Of a DNA stretch of 64,000 nt, positions 9,993-21,237 are shown one piece after another. Every line of letters begins with the position of its first letter. Positions within the stretch are counted from its first letter, which is position 1. The stretch is taken from NCBI GenBank assembly GCA_029259015.1, contig JAPDJQ010000030.1, forward strand, positions 2,130 through 66,129, given 5' to 3'. The notes under the pieces were generated by a model, which was given only the letters and a program-made list of their open reading frames with translations, was not told the origin of the DNA and did not search any database. Source of the stretch: Thermoplasmatota archaeon. GTDB taxonomy: Archaea; Thermoplasmatota; E2; UBA202; JdFR-43. The position numbers and the translations under genes are program-made.

Positions 9993-10241
9993 ATGAATAT
10001 ATACAGCCGTAAATTTATTCTAATGGTAGCTACTGCAGTGCTTGCTTATATTATCGCAATATATTACATAATTTCAGTGGAAATGGTTGTGGCATGGAGA
10101 ATATTCGAAATTGCCTTTATCGTTGCCCTCTTCATCATCCTTTTTATCAGAAAAGATGAGAAGGGAATAAAGTGGTGGTTACTCCAAACAGCAATTATTC
10201 TTTTACTTGTGGCAATATATCTTCTGTTCCGCATAATTTGA
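9993..10241 (+). CDS. small 3-TM membrane protein, paralog 1 of 3
   Basis: MNIYSRKFILM..; GGAG SD-like site; aligns with the next two ORFs. Confidence 0.7.
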   Translation: MNIYSRKFILMVATAVLAYIIAIYYIISVEMVVAWRIFEIAFIVALFIILFIRKDEKGIKWWLLQTAIILLLVAIYLLFRII

Positions 10242-10305
10242 AACTTCTCCATTGTTACAACAAAAAGGTAAAAATAAAAAAGGCGGAAGAAAATAAGGTA
10301 TTACA

Positions 10306-10575
10306 ATGGACATATACAGTCGCAAATTTATCATCATGCTGGCAGTTGCTGCTGTTGCGCTTGCTTATTCTACAATCATATACTATATAGCAGCTGGCGA
10401 GTTTACATACATATCTTTTAAATCATTTCTTGGGGTAGTGATTACTGTTTTGGCAATCATAGCTATTATGAGAGGAGAGGATATAGAAAAGGCCAGAAAA
10501 TGGTTCTGGAAAATATTTTTTATCATAGTAATAGTTCTTCTGCTTGCATCTATTTTCTTCGGTCTTGAACTATGA
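10306..10575 (+). CDS. small 3-TM membrane protein, paralog 2 of 3
   Basis: MDIYSRKFIIM..YYIAAGE..KWFWK. Confidence 0.7.
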   Translation: MDIYSRKFIIMLAVAAVALAYSTIIYYIAAGEFTYISFKSFLGVVITVLAIIAIMRGEDIEKARKWFWKIFFIIVIVLLLASIFFGLEL

Positions 10576-10654
10576 GTTAATTCTGCCATAATGATTAAAA
10601 ATTACGACTGAATGAACAAATGAAGGACATCGTTGCCACCGGAAAGGTGAATTG

Positions 10655-10936
10655 ATGGATGCATTCACACGAAGGATCATAATTTTAATGGCAATCGCCG
10701 CTTTCCTGCTCGTTTATCTTGTGGCAGTATATTATATATGGGCTGGGGAAATGACTGTTGTAACATGGAGAATATTTTACGCATTCGTAATCGTGATCAT
10801 CTCAGCAGTTGCCGTTTTTCTCAGCAGAGGAAAGGATATGAGGATGGAATGGTGGCTTTGGAAATTGATCCTTGCACTGATTTTATTAGCGATGTCACTC
10901 ACTCTTTCATCTTTCATGCACCTGCTGCAACATTAA
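10655..10936 (+). CDS. small 3-TM membrane protein, paralog 3 of 3
   Basis: MDAFTRRIIILM..YYIWAGE..WWLWK; GGTGA SD. Confidence 0.7.
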   Translation: MDAFTRRIIILMAIAAFLLVYLVAVYYIWAGEMTVVTWRIFYAFVIVIISAVAVFLSRGKDMRMEWWLWKLILALILLAMSLTLSSFMHLLQH

Positions 10937-10989
10937 CAATACTCGTAGATATTTTCAAAAAGATTTTATTCTTGTTGCCAATTATCTAT

Positions 10990-12030
10990 GTGAATTTGAC
11001 AAATTATGAAAAAAAGGTATTGTATGGCATTGCAAAATTTCCAAATGCTAATGATCGCCAGCTTGCAGAAAAATTTGGAATGAAGCAATCTACAGTGGCT
11101 GCAATAAGAAAAAGGCTCAGGGAGGAGGGATATTACAGGATATATTCAATTCCAATGCTTCAGAATTTTGGAGCAGAAATGATGGCTGTTATTCATACAA
11201 ATTTTAATCCAGTAATTCCTATGGAAAAAAGAATTGAAATCACCGAAGAAAAAATTGAAGCTGCAGAGGAAATCTTCTTTTCTGTGGGTGAAGAAGATAA
11301 AGGCTTTTCGTTAAGTTTTGCAAAAAATTATACAGCCATAGGAAAAATAAATGATATAAGGACAACTACATTTGGCTCTCTTGGCTTGCTGGAAAAGGAA
11401 TATCCAAAGGAGGTGATATTTCCCTTCGAGATTAGCAAGACATATCGTTTCTTCAATTTTGCTCCACTGCTTGCAAAAATTTTTGGTATAAAGGATGATA
11501 ATAAATATGAAGAAAATTTCTTCGACATAAAAAATGCAGAGTTATCAAATAGGGAGAAGAAGGTTTTTTGCAAAATTATTGAGTATCCTGAGTTGCCATC
11601 AAAGGATATTGCAGAAATGCTTGGTATAACAAGGCACACTGTTGGCAGGATGAGAAGAAAATTTGTTGAGGAAAGATATATAAAAACAATGGTGGTGCCA
11701 AATTTTGAAAAATTGGATCTGAGAATCCTTGCCTTTTACTATGTTCCTCTCAATCCTCATACACCTCCAGAATTTGAAAAGAATGAGCTGAAAGAATTGC
11801 TGCACGAGGAAATAATATTTTTTGCTACCCGCCGCTTTGAATTTGTAGCCATTTCAATACACCCTGACTATGAATCATACAAAATGTGCAAAACAGAAAT
11901 AATGCAGAAGCTGAAAGAAAACGATTGGATTTCTTTAACTCCCCTCATCAGAACTTATAGCCTAAACAAAACAAAGATAATCAAGGATTTCAACTTCCTC
12001 CCCATAACAAAAAAATTAATATTGGCGTAG
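10990..12030 (+). CDS. tandem-duplicated Lrp/AsnC-like transcriptional regulator
   Basis: Two wHTH units (LTNYEKKVL..DRQLAEKFGMKQSTVAAIRKRL; LSNREKKVF..KDIAEMLGITRHTVGRMRRKF), each followed by an effector-like domain; GTG start inferred. Confidence 0.7.
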   Translation: MNLTNYEKKVLYGIAKFPNANDRQLAEKFGMKQSTVAAIRKRLREEGYYRIYSIPMLQNFGAEMMAVIHTNFNPVIPMEKRIEITEEKIEAAEEIFFSVGEEDKGFSLSFAKNYTAIGKINDIRTTTFGSLGLLEKEYPKEVIFPFEISKTYRFFNFAPLLAKIFGIKDDNKYEENFFDIKNAELSNREKKVFCKIIEYPELPSKDIAEMLGITRHTVGRMRRKFVEERYIKTMVVPNFEKLDLRILAFYYVPLNPHTPPEFEKNELKELLHEEIIFFATRRFEFVAISIHPDYESYKMCKTEIMQKLKENDWISLTPLIRTYSLNKTKIIKDFNFLPITKKLILA

Positions 12031-12043
12031 ATATAAACATCAA

Positions 12044-12145
12044 GCGGGGGTAGCCAAGCGGTCAACGGTGCAGGGCTTAGGACCCTGTGGCGCAGGCCTT
12101 CGTGGGTTCGAACTGGCGGGAGCCACGAAAATCCCACCCCCCGCA
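12044..12145 (+). tRNA. tRNA-Leu(UAG) with 19-nt intron at 59/60 (12113-12131)
   Basis: Acceptor GCGGGGG/CCCCCGC, anticodon arm CAGGG-CTTAGGA-CCCTG, long variable arm; removing 12113-12131 restores GTGGG-TTCGAAT-CCCAC. Confidence 0.92.
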
Positions 12146-12175
12146 TGTATTTTTATATCCTTCCATTTTTCATTC

Positions 12176-12699
12176 ATGCATGAAATTTTGTTGCTGGCAA
12201 TGCAGGCAGGAAAGCTGAAAGAAAAAAAAAGAGAAGGATGGCTCAGAGCGGGCATAGAACAGCCGGAAAACGTTGCATGTCATAGCTATCGCGCTGCCTT
12301 TCTTGCAATGCTCATTGGGGATGCTTTAAATCTGAATACAGAGAAATGTTGAAAATGGCTCTGCTTCACGATTTGGCGGAAGCAATGATAGGTGATATTA
12401 CTCCGCATGATATGGAAAGAGAAGAGAAAATGGAAAGAGAAGAGGCAATAATGAAGAAATTGCTTCAAGATTTTGAAGAATATTACAGAATATGGAGAGA
12501 ATTTGTCGAAGGAAAGAGTAAGGAAGCGGAAATAATGCAGCAGATAGATAAGCTGGAAATGATTTTGCAGGCGCACGAATATGCAGCAAAATATGGAAGG
12601 AAAAAAGTGGAGGAATTTCTGGGAGAGGAAAAAAATATAGCGCATCCCTTCCTTATTTCTCTGCTTGAAGAAATAAAAAGCTCATTCTCTTCTTCCTAG
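12176..12699 (+). pseudogene. HD-domain phosphohydrolase (YfbR/HDDC2-like), frameshifted
   Basis: KREGW..ENVACHSY in one frame continues as MALLHDLAEA..GDITP..DKLE in another; one A is missing at about 12343-12346 (GAGAAATGTTG). Confidence 0.75.
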
Positions 12700-12927
12700 C
12701 AAGTAAATTATTCCTCCAACGATCATATAGGATATTACAGAAAAAAGCCAGTTTCCAAATGATTTAGCCACCAAAGCTAAAAACCAGAATAATGATTGCA
12801 GCGGTCTTAAATCAAGTTTATTTTCCATTTCTTGGAAAAAAGCTGATAATTCTGGAGAGAAGATATACAGAATCAAAAATATTACAAAAAGGAATAACAA
12901 ATTTGCTATTATTTTATCTCTTCTCAT
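12682..12927 (-). CDS. small membrane protein
   Basis: Hydrophobic segments; starts directly after the DUF763 gene. Confidence 0.6.
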   Translation of the reverse strand: MRRDKIIANLLFLFVIFLILYIFSPELSAFFQEMENKLDLRPLQSLFWFLALVAKSFGNWLFSVISYMIVGGIIYLLGRRE

Positions 12928-12928
12928 T

Positions 12929-13984
12929 TCAATCAGGAATAAATTCTTTCAACCTTTTTATCGCATGTAATTTTTCTTTTTGTCCTATTTTTGCTTCTTC
13001 CAGACTAAGCTGCAGAATTTCTGTTGCTTCATCCATTGCTTTTCTATTTACAGGATAAGGAACTCCATCTTTCCCCCCAACAGCAAAAGAATATTTTACA
13101 GGATCTTCCCATGATGGCGGCTTTCCATAAATTAGATCGGAAACATAAGCTAAAGCTCTAACAGTAGCTGCTCCTATGCCTTTTATTGCCAGCATTTCTT
13201 CATAGTTGCGTGGCTGTATTTCATATACTTCCTTTAAAGCATCCCAGTTTATGCGACGGGGCATACTTAGCATTAAAACCTTGCCTTCTAAAGTTTGCTG
13301 ATATTGTTTCAATGCTTTAAAATACTTCAATAATTTGTTCGGCTTCTCTTTTGCTATATCAACGCTTGTTTTCCTTGCCTCCTCGCTTTCTTTTGCAGTC
13401 ATGTTCAATGCTATGCCTTTCTTGCCAACTATTGCAGCATGCGGCTCTTCAACAAAATCCTTAATCTTCCATATCCAGTGGTAACGACGGGCATATCTTG
13501 TTTTGGCATTCATACCCTGCTGCACAACAGCCCACTTTCCATCCTTTGTAAACAGAATGGCATGATGATATAAGCTATAACCATCCTGCAAGACTGCACT
13601 ATCTACTTTGGCAGCCATTCTGCTTGCATATTTTATTTTGGCTGCATCTACTTCAAGCATCTCTGCTTTCTTTTCTATCTCTTGCAATGTTCTGGAAGCC
13701 ATTCCTTTCCCGCCAGCAACAGCTATTCCATGTTTTTCCAGAGCTTCTTTCAATGCAGCAGTTGTAACAGTTGTTGTGCCTGAAGAATGCCAGTCATAGC
13801 CGAGCACGCATGAAAATGCCTGAAACCAGTAAGGGTTGGAAATTAACTCCAGAAATTTCCCCTCACCATGTTCATATATGATAATACCAGAGATGGCATC
13901 AGCTAATCTCACCATTCTTTGATACAACCAGCGAGGCGCTTTTCCATAATGCAATGGCAGATTAGCTACGCCTGTTTTTACCAC
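12929..13984 (-). CDS. DUF763 family protein
   Basis: LPLHYGKAPRWL, GYDWHSSGTTT, QQGMN..ARRYHW, GGKDGVPYPV. Confidence 0.88.
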   Translation of the reverse strand: MVKTGVANLPLHYGKAPRWLYQRMVRLADAISGIIIYEHGEGKFLELISNPYWFQAFSCVLGYDWHSSGTTTVTTAALKEALEKHGIAVAGGKGMASRTLQEIEKKAEMLEVDAAKIKYASRMAAKVDSAVLQDGYSLYHHAILFTKDGKWAVVQQGMNAKTRYARRYHWIWKIKDFVEEPHAAIVGKKGIALNMTAKESEEARKTSVDIAKEKPNKLLKYFKALKQYQQTLEGKVLMLSMPRRINWDALKEVYEIQPRNYEEMLAIKGIGAATVRALAYVSDLIYGKPPSWEDPVKYSFAVGGKDGVPYPVNRKAMDEATEILQLSLEEAKIGQKEKLHAIKRLKEFIPD

Positions 13985-14009
13985 ATATTTAAATCAGTTT
14001 CAATTTAAA

Positions 14010-16169
<2,160 letters not shown>

Positions 16170-16270
16170 TTACTTAAAATTGAATAAACAATGAAATGAG
16201 GAGCGTTATTACTTCTTTCATTCTTTATTTCTTTACTGAATAAATTTTTTTATTTTGACAAAATCCATTT

Positions 16271-17593
16271 CTACTTAAAATTGAATAGCACGGCCTGCTT
16301 TTCCATCTTTTTTAATTTTTCCGCCTCTGCATAAATTTCTTTTGCTTTATCGCCGACAATGAAAATTAGTTCTTCTTCAGTTAAATCAAGTCTTGCAGCA
16401 AGCCTTGCAGCAGCATCTGCATCTGCAAACAATTTTTTGAACATGGGCAGCATTTCCAGTGCTTTTCTGCTAGAGCAATGCATTATTTTGCCTATCTTTT
16501 TTGCTATGCTCAGGCGAATTTGCCTGTATTGCTTGCTGGCAGCCATGCTTCGCAACCATTTTGGAAAATGATATGCGGTAAAACCTCTATATTCATGTTT
16601 TTTTGCCACAGCTATACCACCTGTCATCAATTCTGAAGCATAGCCCCATAAGCCATAGTATTGCCGTCTCCATACCCTGCCTAAAAATACATCCGCCCGT
16701 GATAAAAATTCATATGCTCTTGCCAGATCATCAGGGTATTTATATTCCATGGGCAAATTTTCATCAATCCACAGAATTAAATTATCTGGCGATTCATCTA
16801 TGCGCCATGCTTCTCTTATCGCAGCCCTCATTTCCTTTGCCCTCAGTATATTTCTCAGACCAGTAAAAATTTCTCTCTCCCTATCTCTATAGCCGAGGTG
16901 AGAAAGCATGTCCTTTGTGATTCTTTTTCCATATGCTATTGATTGCAAATCATTTATAGCGCTCCTTACATCCCCATCGCATCTTCTCGCTATCTCATTT
17001 ATTACTTCTGGATCAGCCACTATCCCTTCCATTTGACATATTCTTTTGAGTAATGCAGCAATTTCTCTACTGCTCACCTTTTTGAATTCTATTGATTTAC
17101 ACAGATTACGAAGTTGGACTCCGCTTCCTTTTATCAATTCATAATAATCGTTTGCAATCAAAATAATGGGTTGCTTCGTCGCCTTTATCGTTTCAATTAT
17201 AGCTCTCTTCCCTCCAAAGTCACCAGCTTTTTCATATAAATTATCTGCCTCATCTAAAATGATTAGTTTTCTTGCTCCTTCCTTTGAAGAAATAAATTTG
17301 CCGTCGATGCTCAGAACTTCATGAATGGCTCCTGTTAAAGCAATCTTTCTTATTATTTCCCTATTTCTTTCATCACTCGCATTTAGTTCAATTACTTCCC
17401 ATTTAAAATCATTGGCTAAAGCATAGGCAGAAGAAGTTTTTCCAACACCTGGCTTTCCATATAAAATGACGGCTTTTTTGCTTGGCTTGCCCTGCTGCCA
17501 CTCTCTTGCCCATTTCAACAGTTCTTCCTTTGCAGTTCTATTCCCAATAACATCTTTCAGGCTTTTGGGTCTGTATTTTTCTGTCCAGTTCAT
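16271..17593 (-). CDS. rfcL: replication factor C large subunit
   Basis: WTEKYRPK, GKPGVGKT, ELNASD, DEAD, GDVRSAINDLQ; C-terminal PIP box QAVLFNF. Confidence 0.95.
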   Translation of the reverse strand: MNWTEKYRPKSLKDVIGNRTAKEELLKWAREWQQGKPSKKAVILYGKPGVGKTSSAYALANDFKWEVIELNASDERNREIIRKIALTGAIHEVLSIDGKFISSKEGARKLIILDEADNLYEKAGDFGGKRAIIETIKATKQPIILIANDYYELIKGSGVQLRNLCKSIEFKKVSSREIAALLKRICQMEGIVADPEVINEIARRCDGDVRSAINDLQSIAYGKRITKDMLSHLGYRDREREIFTGLRNILRAKEMRAAIREAWRIDESPDNLILWIDENLPMEYKYPDDLARAYEFLSRADVFLGRVWRRQYYGLWGYASELMTGGIAVAKKHEYRGFTAYHFPKWLRSMAASKQYRQIRLSIAKKIGKIMHCSSRKALEMLPMFKKLFADADAAARLAARLDLTEEELIFIVGDKAKEIYAEAEKLKKMEKQAVLFNFK

Positions 17594-18324
17594 CTATCCA
17601 ATTCAAAATCCTGCCAGTAAATATCTTTCTTGAATTCTTCTCTTATAATATCTCCAAGTTTTGTTGGGATTCTTAATCCATATTCCTCATAAACCTCCAT
17701 TCCCTCCCTTGTTATATAAGTTGGATTGAATGGGTCAAAATCTGGAGGAAGTTTAATAAGCTGATATTCATATTCTCCAGTCTCAGGATTTCTTATGCAA
17801 ATCCTATAGTTGTATTTATTCAAAACAGTATAACTTCCCTGCAATTTGCTAACTAAATCTCTGTAATAATTAATGCTGTTTTTCAGTTCCTTGATCTCAT
17901 TTTCCAGGGCTTCAACTCTCCTTTTATATTCATCCAATTCTCTTCTGAGTCTTTCATTTTCATATCTCAAAGCTTCTTCGCCATATATTGTCTGACCGCC
18001 TTCAAGATGTGCAACTTTCATTTTCAGGAATTCGTTTTCTCTTCTCAACTCAGTAAGCCAGTCAAGCAGCTTGTCATTGGCTGGTTTTTCTTCCAGCTTT
18101 TTCAATTTTTCTTCAAGTTCTGCAATAATTTTCTTATATTTTTCCAACTCGCTCTCCTCCTGTGTTTCTATAACTTCTTCCTGCTGCGTTTTCGCCTCTG
18201 TATTTGCAGCCACTTCTTCTTCTAATTCCTCCTCCTCAGGCTTGGTGGTGAAGATCATTATTCCAATCCAGACTAATAAAAACGATAGAAGAATGAGTAT
18301 TGTGATGGTTATGTTGTCAATCAT
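17590..18324 (-). CDS. membrane-anchored coiled-coil protein
   Basis: N-terminal TM helix, long heptad-rich E/K region, globular C-terminus; ATGA overlap with rfcL. Confidence 0.7.
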   Translation of the reverse strand: MIDNITITILILLSFLLVWIGIMIFTTKPEEEELEEEVAANTEAKTQQEEVIETQEESELEKYKKIIAELEEKLKKLEEKPANDKLLDWLTELRRENEFLKMKVAHLEGGQTIYGEEALRYENERLRRELDEYKRRVEALENEIKELKNSINYYRDLVSKLQGSYTVLNKYNYRICIRNPETGEYEYQLIKLPPDFDPFNPTYITREGMEVYEEYGLRIPTKLGDIIREEFKKDIYWQDFELDR

Positions 18325-18387
18325 TTTCCACTACATATAATGCTTTTTTTATTTCTATACTTTTCGCTTTTTGACCTTTCATATTTC

Positions 18388-20325
18388 TCATTTCTCGGCT
18401 TTTTGCTTCCCCAAGGCTTCCTTTATTTCGTTCACTATTTCTGGATTACGGAGCGTAGTTATATCACCTATTATCTCTCCCTTTTCTGCCAATCCCTTCA
18501 ATATTCTCCTCATTATTTTGCCGCTCCTTGTTTTAGGCAAATCGCTGACAAAAAGAATGTCATCAGGCTTTGCAGTTGGGCCAATTACTTTAACAACATG
18601 CTTTATCAGCTCTTTCTTCAGCTCTTCACTCGGCTCAACACCTTCTTTTAGCACCACATAAGCAAAAGGCACCTGCCCTTTAATTTCATGTGGTATGCCC
18701 ACTACTGCCGCTTCGGCCACACTTTCATGGCTAACTAAAGCACTCTCCACTTCTGCTGTACCTAAACGATGACCAGCAACATTTATCACATCTCCTATTC
18801 TGCCAAGAAGCCAGAAATAGCCATCTTCGTCAATCACTGCCCCGTCTCCAGTATAGAATTTGCCGAAGCCATATTTACTCCAGTACTCCTCCACATATTT
18901 TTCATGAGCATTGTACAAGCCGCGCAACATAGAAGGCCATGGTCTCGTTATCACAAGCTCTCCCTTCTGGCCAGGCGGACATATGCCATTTTCATCTCTC
19001 ACTTCTGCCTTCAGCCCCGGAAATGGAAATGTTGCAGAGCCTGGCTTAAGTTTCGTTACTCCTGGCAGCGGTGTTATTATATGCATTCCTGTCTCAGTCA
19101 TCCACCAAGTGTCGACAATTGGGCATCGTTCTTTTCCAATTACCTTATAATACCAGAGCCATGCTTCTGGATTTATTGGTTCTCCAACGCTGCCTAATAA
19201 TCGCAAGCTGCTCAAATCATGCATGTTTGGCCATTTTTCACCCCATTTCATCATTAGCCTTATAGCAGTTGGAGCTGTGTATAGTATAGTCACCTTATAT
19301 TTTTCAACAATTTCCCACCATCTATCTGGCTGTGGATAGTCTGGAGCACCTTCATACATCACGCTTGTAACTGCATTGGCAAGTGGACCATAAACAATGT
19401 AGCTATGTCCTGTTATCCAGCCAATGTCAGCTGTACACCAGTAAACATCTTCATCTTTTACATCAAATACCCATTTCATTGTTGTGGCAACGCCAACCAT
19501 GTAGCCACCAGTAGTATGCATAACACCTTTAGGTTTGCCTGTAGTTCCTGAGGTATACATGAGGAAAAGTAAATCCTCGGCATCCATTACTTCTGGCTCA
19601 CATTCTGCTGGCTGATCTTTTACAACATCATGCCACCATACATCCCTGCCTTCCTGCATTGGCACATTGCCATCAGCTCTCTTTACAACAACAACCTTCT
19701 CAACATCTAAATTTTTAAGCCCTTCATCTGTCTTTTCCTTGTGATTCAAAAGCTTTCCTCTCCTGTAATAGCCGTCGCATGTTATAATGTATTTTGCTCC
19801 TGCATCTTCGACGCGATCTTTAAACGCTTCTGCGCTGAAACCTGCGAATATAACAGAATGAGGAGCTCCTATTCTTGCACATGCAAGCATGGCTATTGGC
19901 AACTCCGGAATCATTGGCAAATAAATGGAAACAATATCTCCTTTCTTCACTCCCATGCTTTTTAGGGCATTGGCAAACTTGCACACTTCTTCATGCAACT
20001 GCTTGTATGTAAGTTTCCTTACTTCTCCAAGTTCCCCTTCCCAAATATATGCAATCTTATCTCCCTTGCCTCTCTCTATCCACCTGTCCAAGCAGTTATA
20101 TGAAGCGTTTAACTTACCATTTATAAACCATTTATAATATGGCTCATCAACTTCCAAAACCTTATCCCATTTTTTATACCAGTCAATCATCTCCTCTGCT
20201 CTCTTCTCCCAGAATTTTATATAGTCCTCTCCTTCCTCATAAACACTTTCGTCCTTAATCCAGGCTTTCTTCCTAAATTCCTCAGGTGGCGAGAATACCC
20301 TCTGCTCTTCAATGATTTCTTTCAT
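18388..20325 (-). CDS. acs: acetate--CoA ligase (AMP-forming)
   Basis: YTSGTTGKPKG, WITGHSY, VGEPIN, LPKTRSGKIMRR. Confidence 0.95.
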   Translation of the reverse strand: MKEIIEEQRVFSPPEEFRKKAWIKDESVYEEGEDYIKFWEKRAEEMIDWYKKWDKVLEVDEPYYKWFINGKLNASYNCLDRWIERGKGDKIAYIWEGELGEVRKLTYKQLHEEVCKFANALKSMGVKKGDIVSIYLPMIPELPIAMLACARIGAPHSVIFAGFSAEAFKDRVEDAGAKYIITCDGYYRRGKLLNHKEKTDEGLKNLDVEKVVVVKRADGNVPMQEGRDVWWHDVVKDQPAECEPEVMDAEDLLFLMYTSGTTGKPKGVMHTTGGYMVGVATTMKWVFDVKDEDVYWCTADIGWITGHSYIVYGPLANAVTSVMYEGAPDYPQPDRWWEIVEKYKVTILYTAPTAIRLMMKWGEKWPNMHDLSSLRLLGSVGEPINPEAWLWYYKVIGKERCPIVDTWWMTETGMHIITPLPGVTKLKPGSATFPFPGLKAEVRDENGICPPGQKGELVITRPWPSMLRGLYNAHEKYVEEYWSKYGFGKFYTGDGAVIDEDGYFWLLGRIGDVINVAGHRLGTAEVESALVSHESVAEAAVVGIPHEIKGQVPFAYVVLKEGVEPSEELKKELIKHVVKVIGPTAKPDDILFVSDLPKTRSGKIMRRILKGLAEKGEIIGDITTLRNPEIVNEIKEALGKQKAEK

Positions 20326-20478
20326 GTGGGGAGTATATAAAATTTATACTTAAATTTTTTGAGGTAACGATGAGGGTGTCAAAAAATTCCCACATCCAGA
20401 TTGTAGATGGTTACAAATGCAGTAAGCCATTTTTTATAATTTCAATTATGTATTTATATTGTCATTGCTTATAATAGC

Positions 20479-21237
20479 ATGTTGCTCGAAATAGCCGTGT
20501 TAATTATATTTCTGCTGATAATAGTGCTTGCCTCAGCTATAAAAATTGTAAGAGAATATGAGCGTGGTGTAATATTCCGCCTTGGAAGACTTGTTGGTGC
20601 TAAAGGACCCGGCTTATTTTTCATAATACCAATGTTTGATAAAATGGTGAAAATTGATTTAAGAGAGCATGTAATGGATGTTCCTGCTCAGGAAGCAATA
20701 ACAGCTGACAATGTGCCTGTTAGAGTTAATGCAGTTGTTTATTTCCGGGTAATGAACCCAGAAGATGCAGTTGTTAAAATACAAAATTATATGATTGCAA
20801 CAAGCCAAATGGCTCAAACAACGCTTCGAAGTATTATAGGCCAGGTAGAGCTAGATGTATTGCTAAAGGAAAGAGACAAAATAAATCAGCGCCTGCAATC
20901 AATTCTTGATGAAGCAACTGATGCATGGGGCGTAAAAGTTACAGCAGTAGAGATAAAAGATGTTGAAATTCCTGAAGGAATGCAGCGCGCTATGGCAAGG
21001 GCAGCAGAAGCAGAAAGAGAGAGACGCAGCAGAATAATAGCAGCAGAAGGCGAGTTGCAGGCAGCAGAAAAATTGACACAGGCAGCTAAAATTATAGGAA
21101 GAGAACCAGCAGCCATCCAGCTAAGAACTTTACAGACTCTGGCAGAGATCTCAGCAGAAGGAACAACCAAGATTTTCTTCCCATTTCCTCTGGAAATACT
21201 GAAAGCGTTCATGAAGGAAAAGGAAAAGAAAAAATGA
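20479..21237 (+). CDS. SPFH/stomatin (slipin) family protein
   Basis: [40 protein letters not shown]. Confidence 0.92.
   Translation: MLLEIAVLIIFLLIIVLASAIKIVREYERGVIFRLGRLVGAKGPGLFFIIPMFDKMVKIDLREHVMDVPAQEAITADNVPVRVNAVVYFRVMNPEDAVVKIQNYMIATSQMAQTTLRSIIGQVELDVLLKERDKINQRLQSILDEATDAWGVKVTAVEIKDVEIPEGMQRAMARAAEAERERRSRIIAAEGELQAAEKLTQAAKIIGREPAAIQLRTLQTLAEISAEGTTKIFFPFPLEILKAFMKEKEKKK

Noticed and set aside
10738-10989. Long N-terminal extension of the regulator ORF
   Set aside because: It overlaps membrane paralog 3; the HTH domain begins at GTG 10990
12068-12175. N-terminal part of the 94-aa ORF and antisense ORFs 11955-12255
   Set aside because: These are readings through tRNA-Leu, not protein-coding
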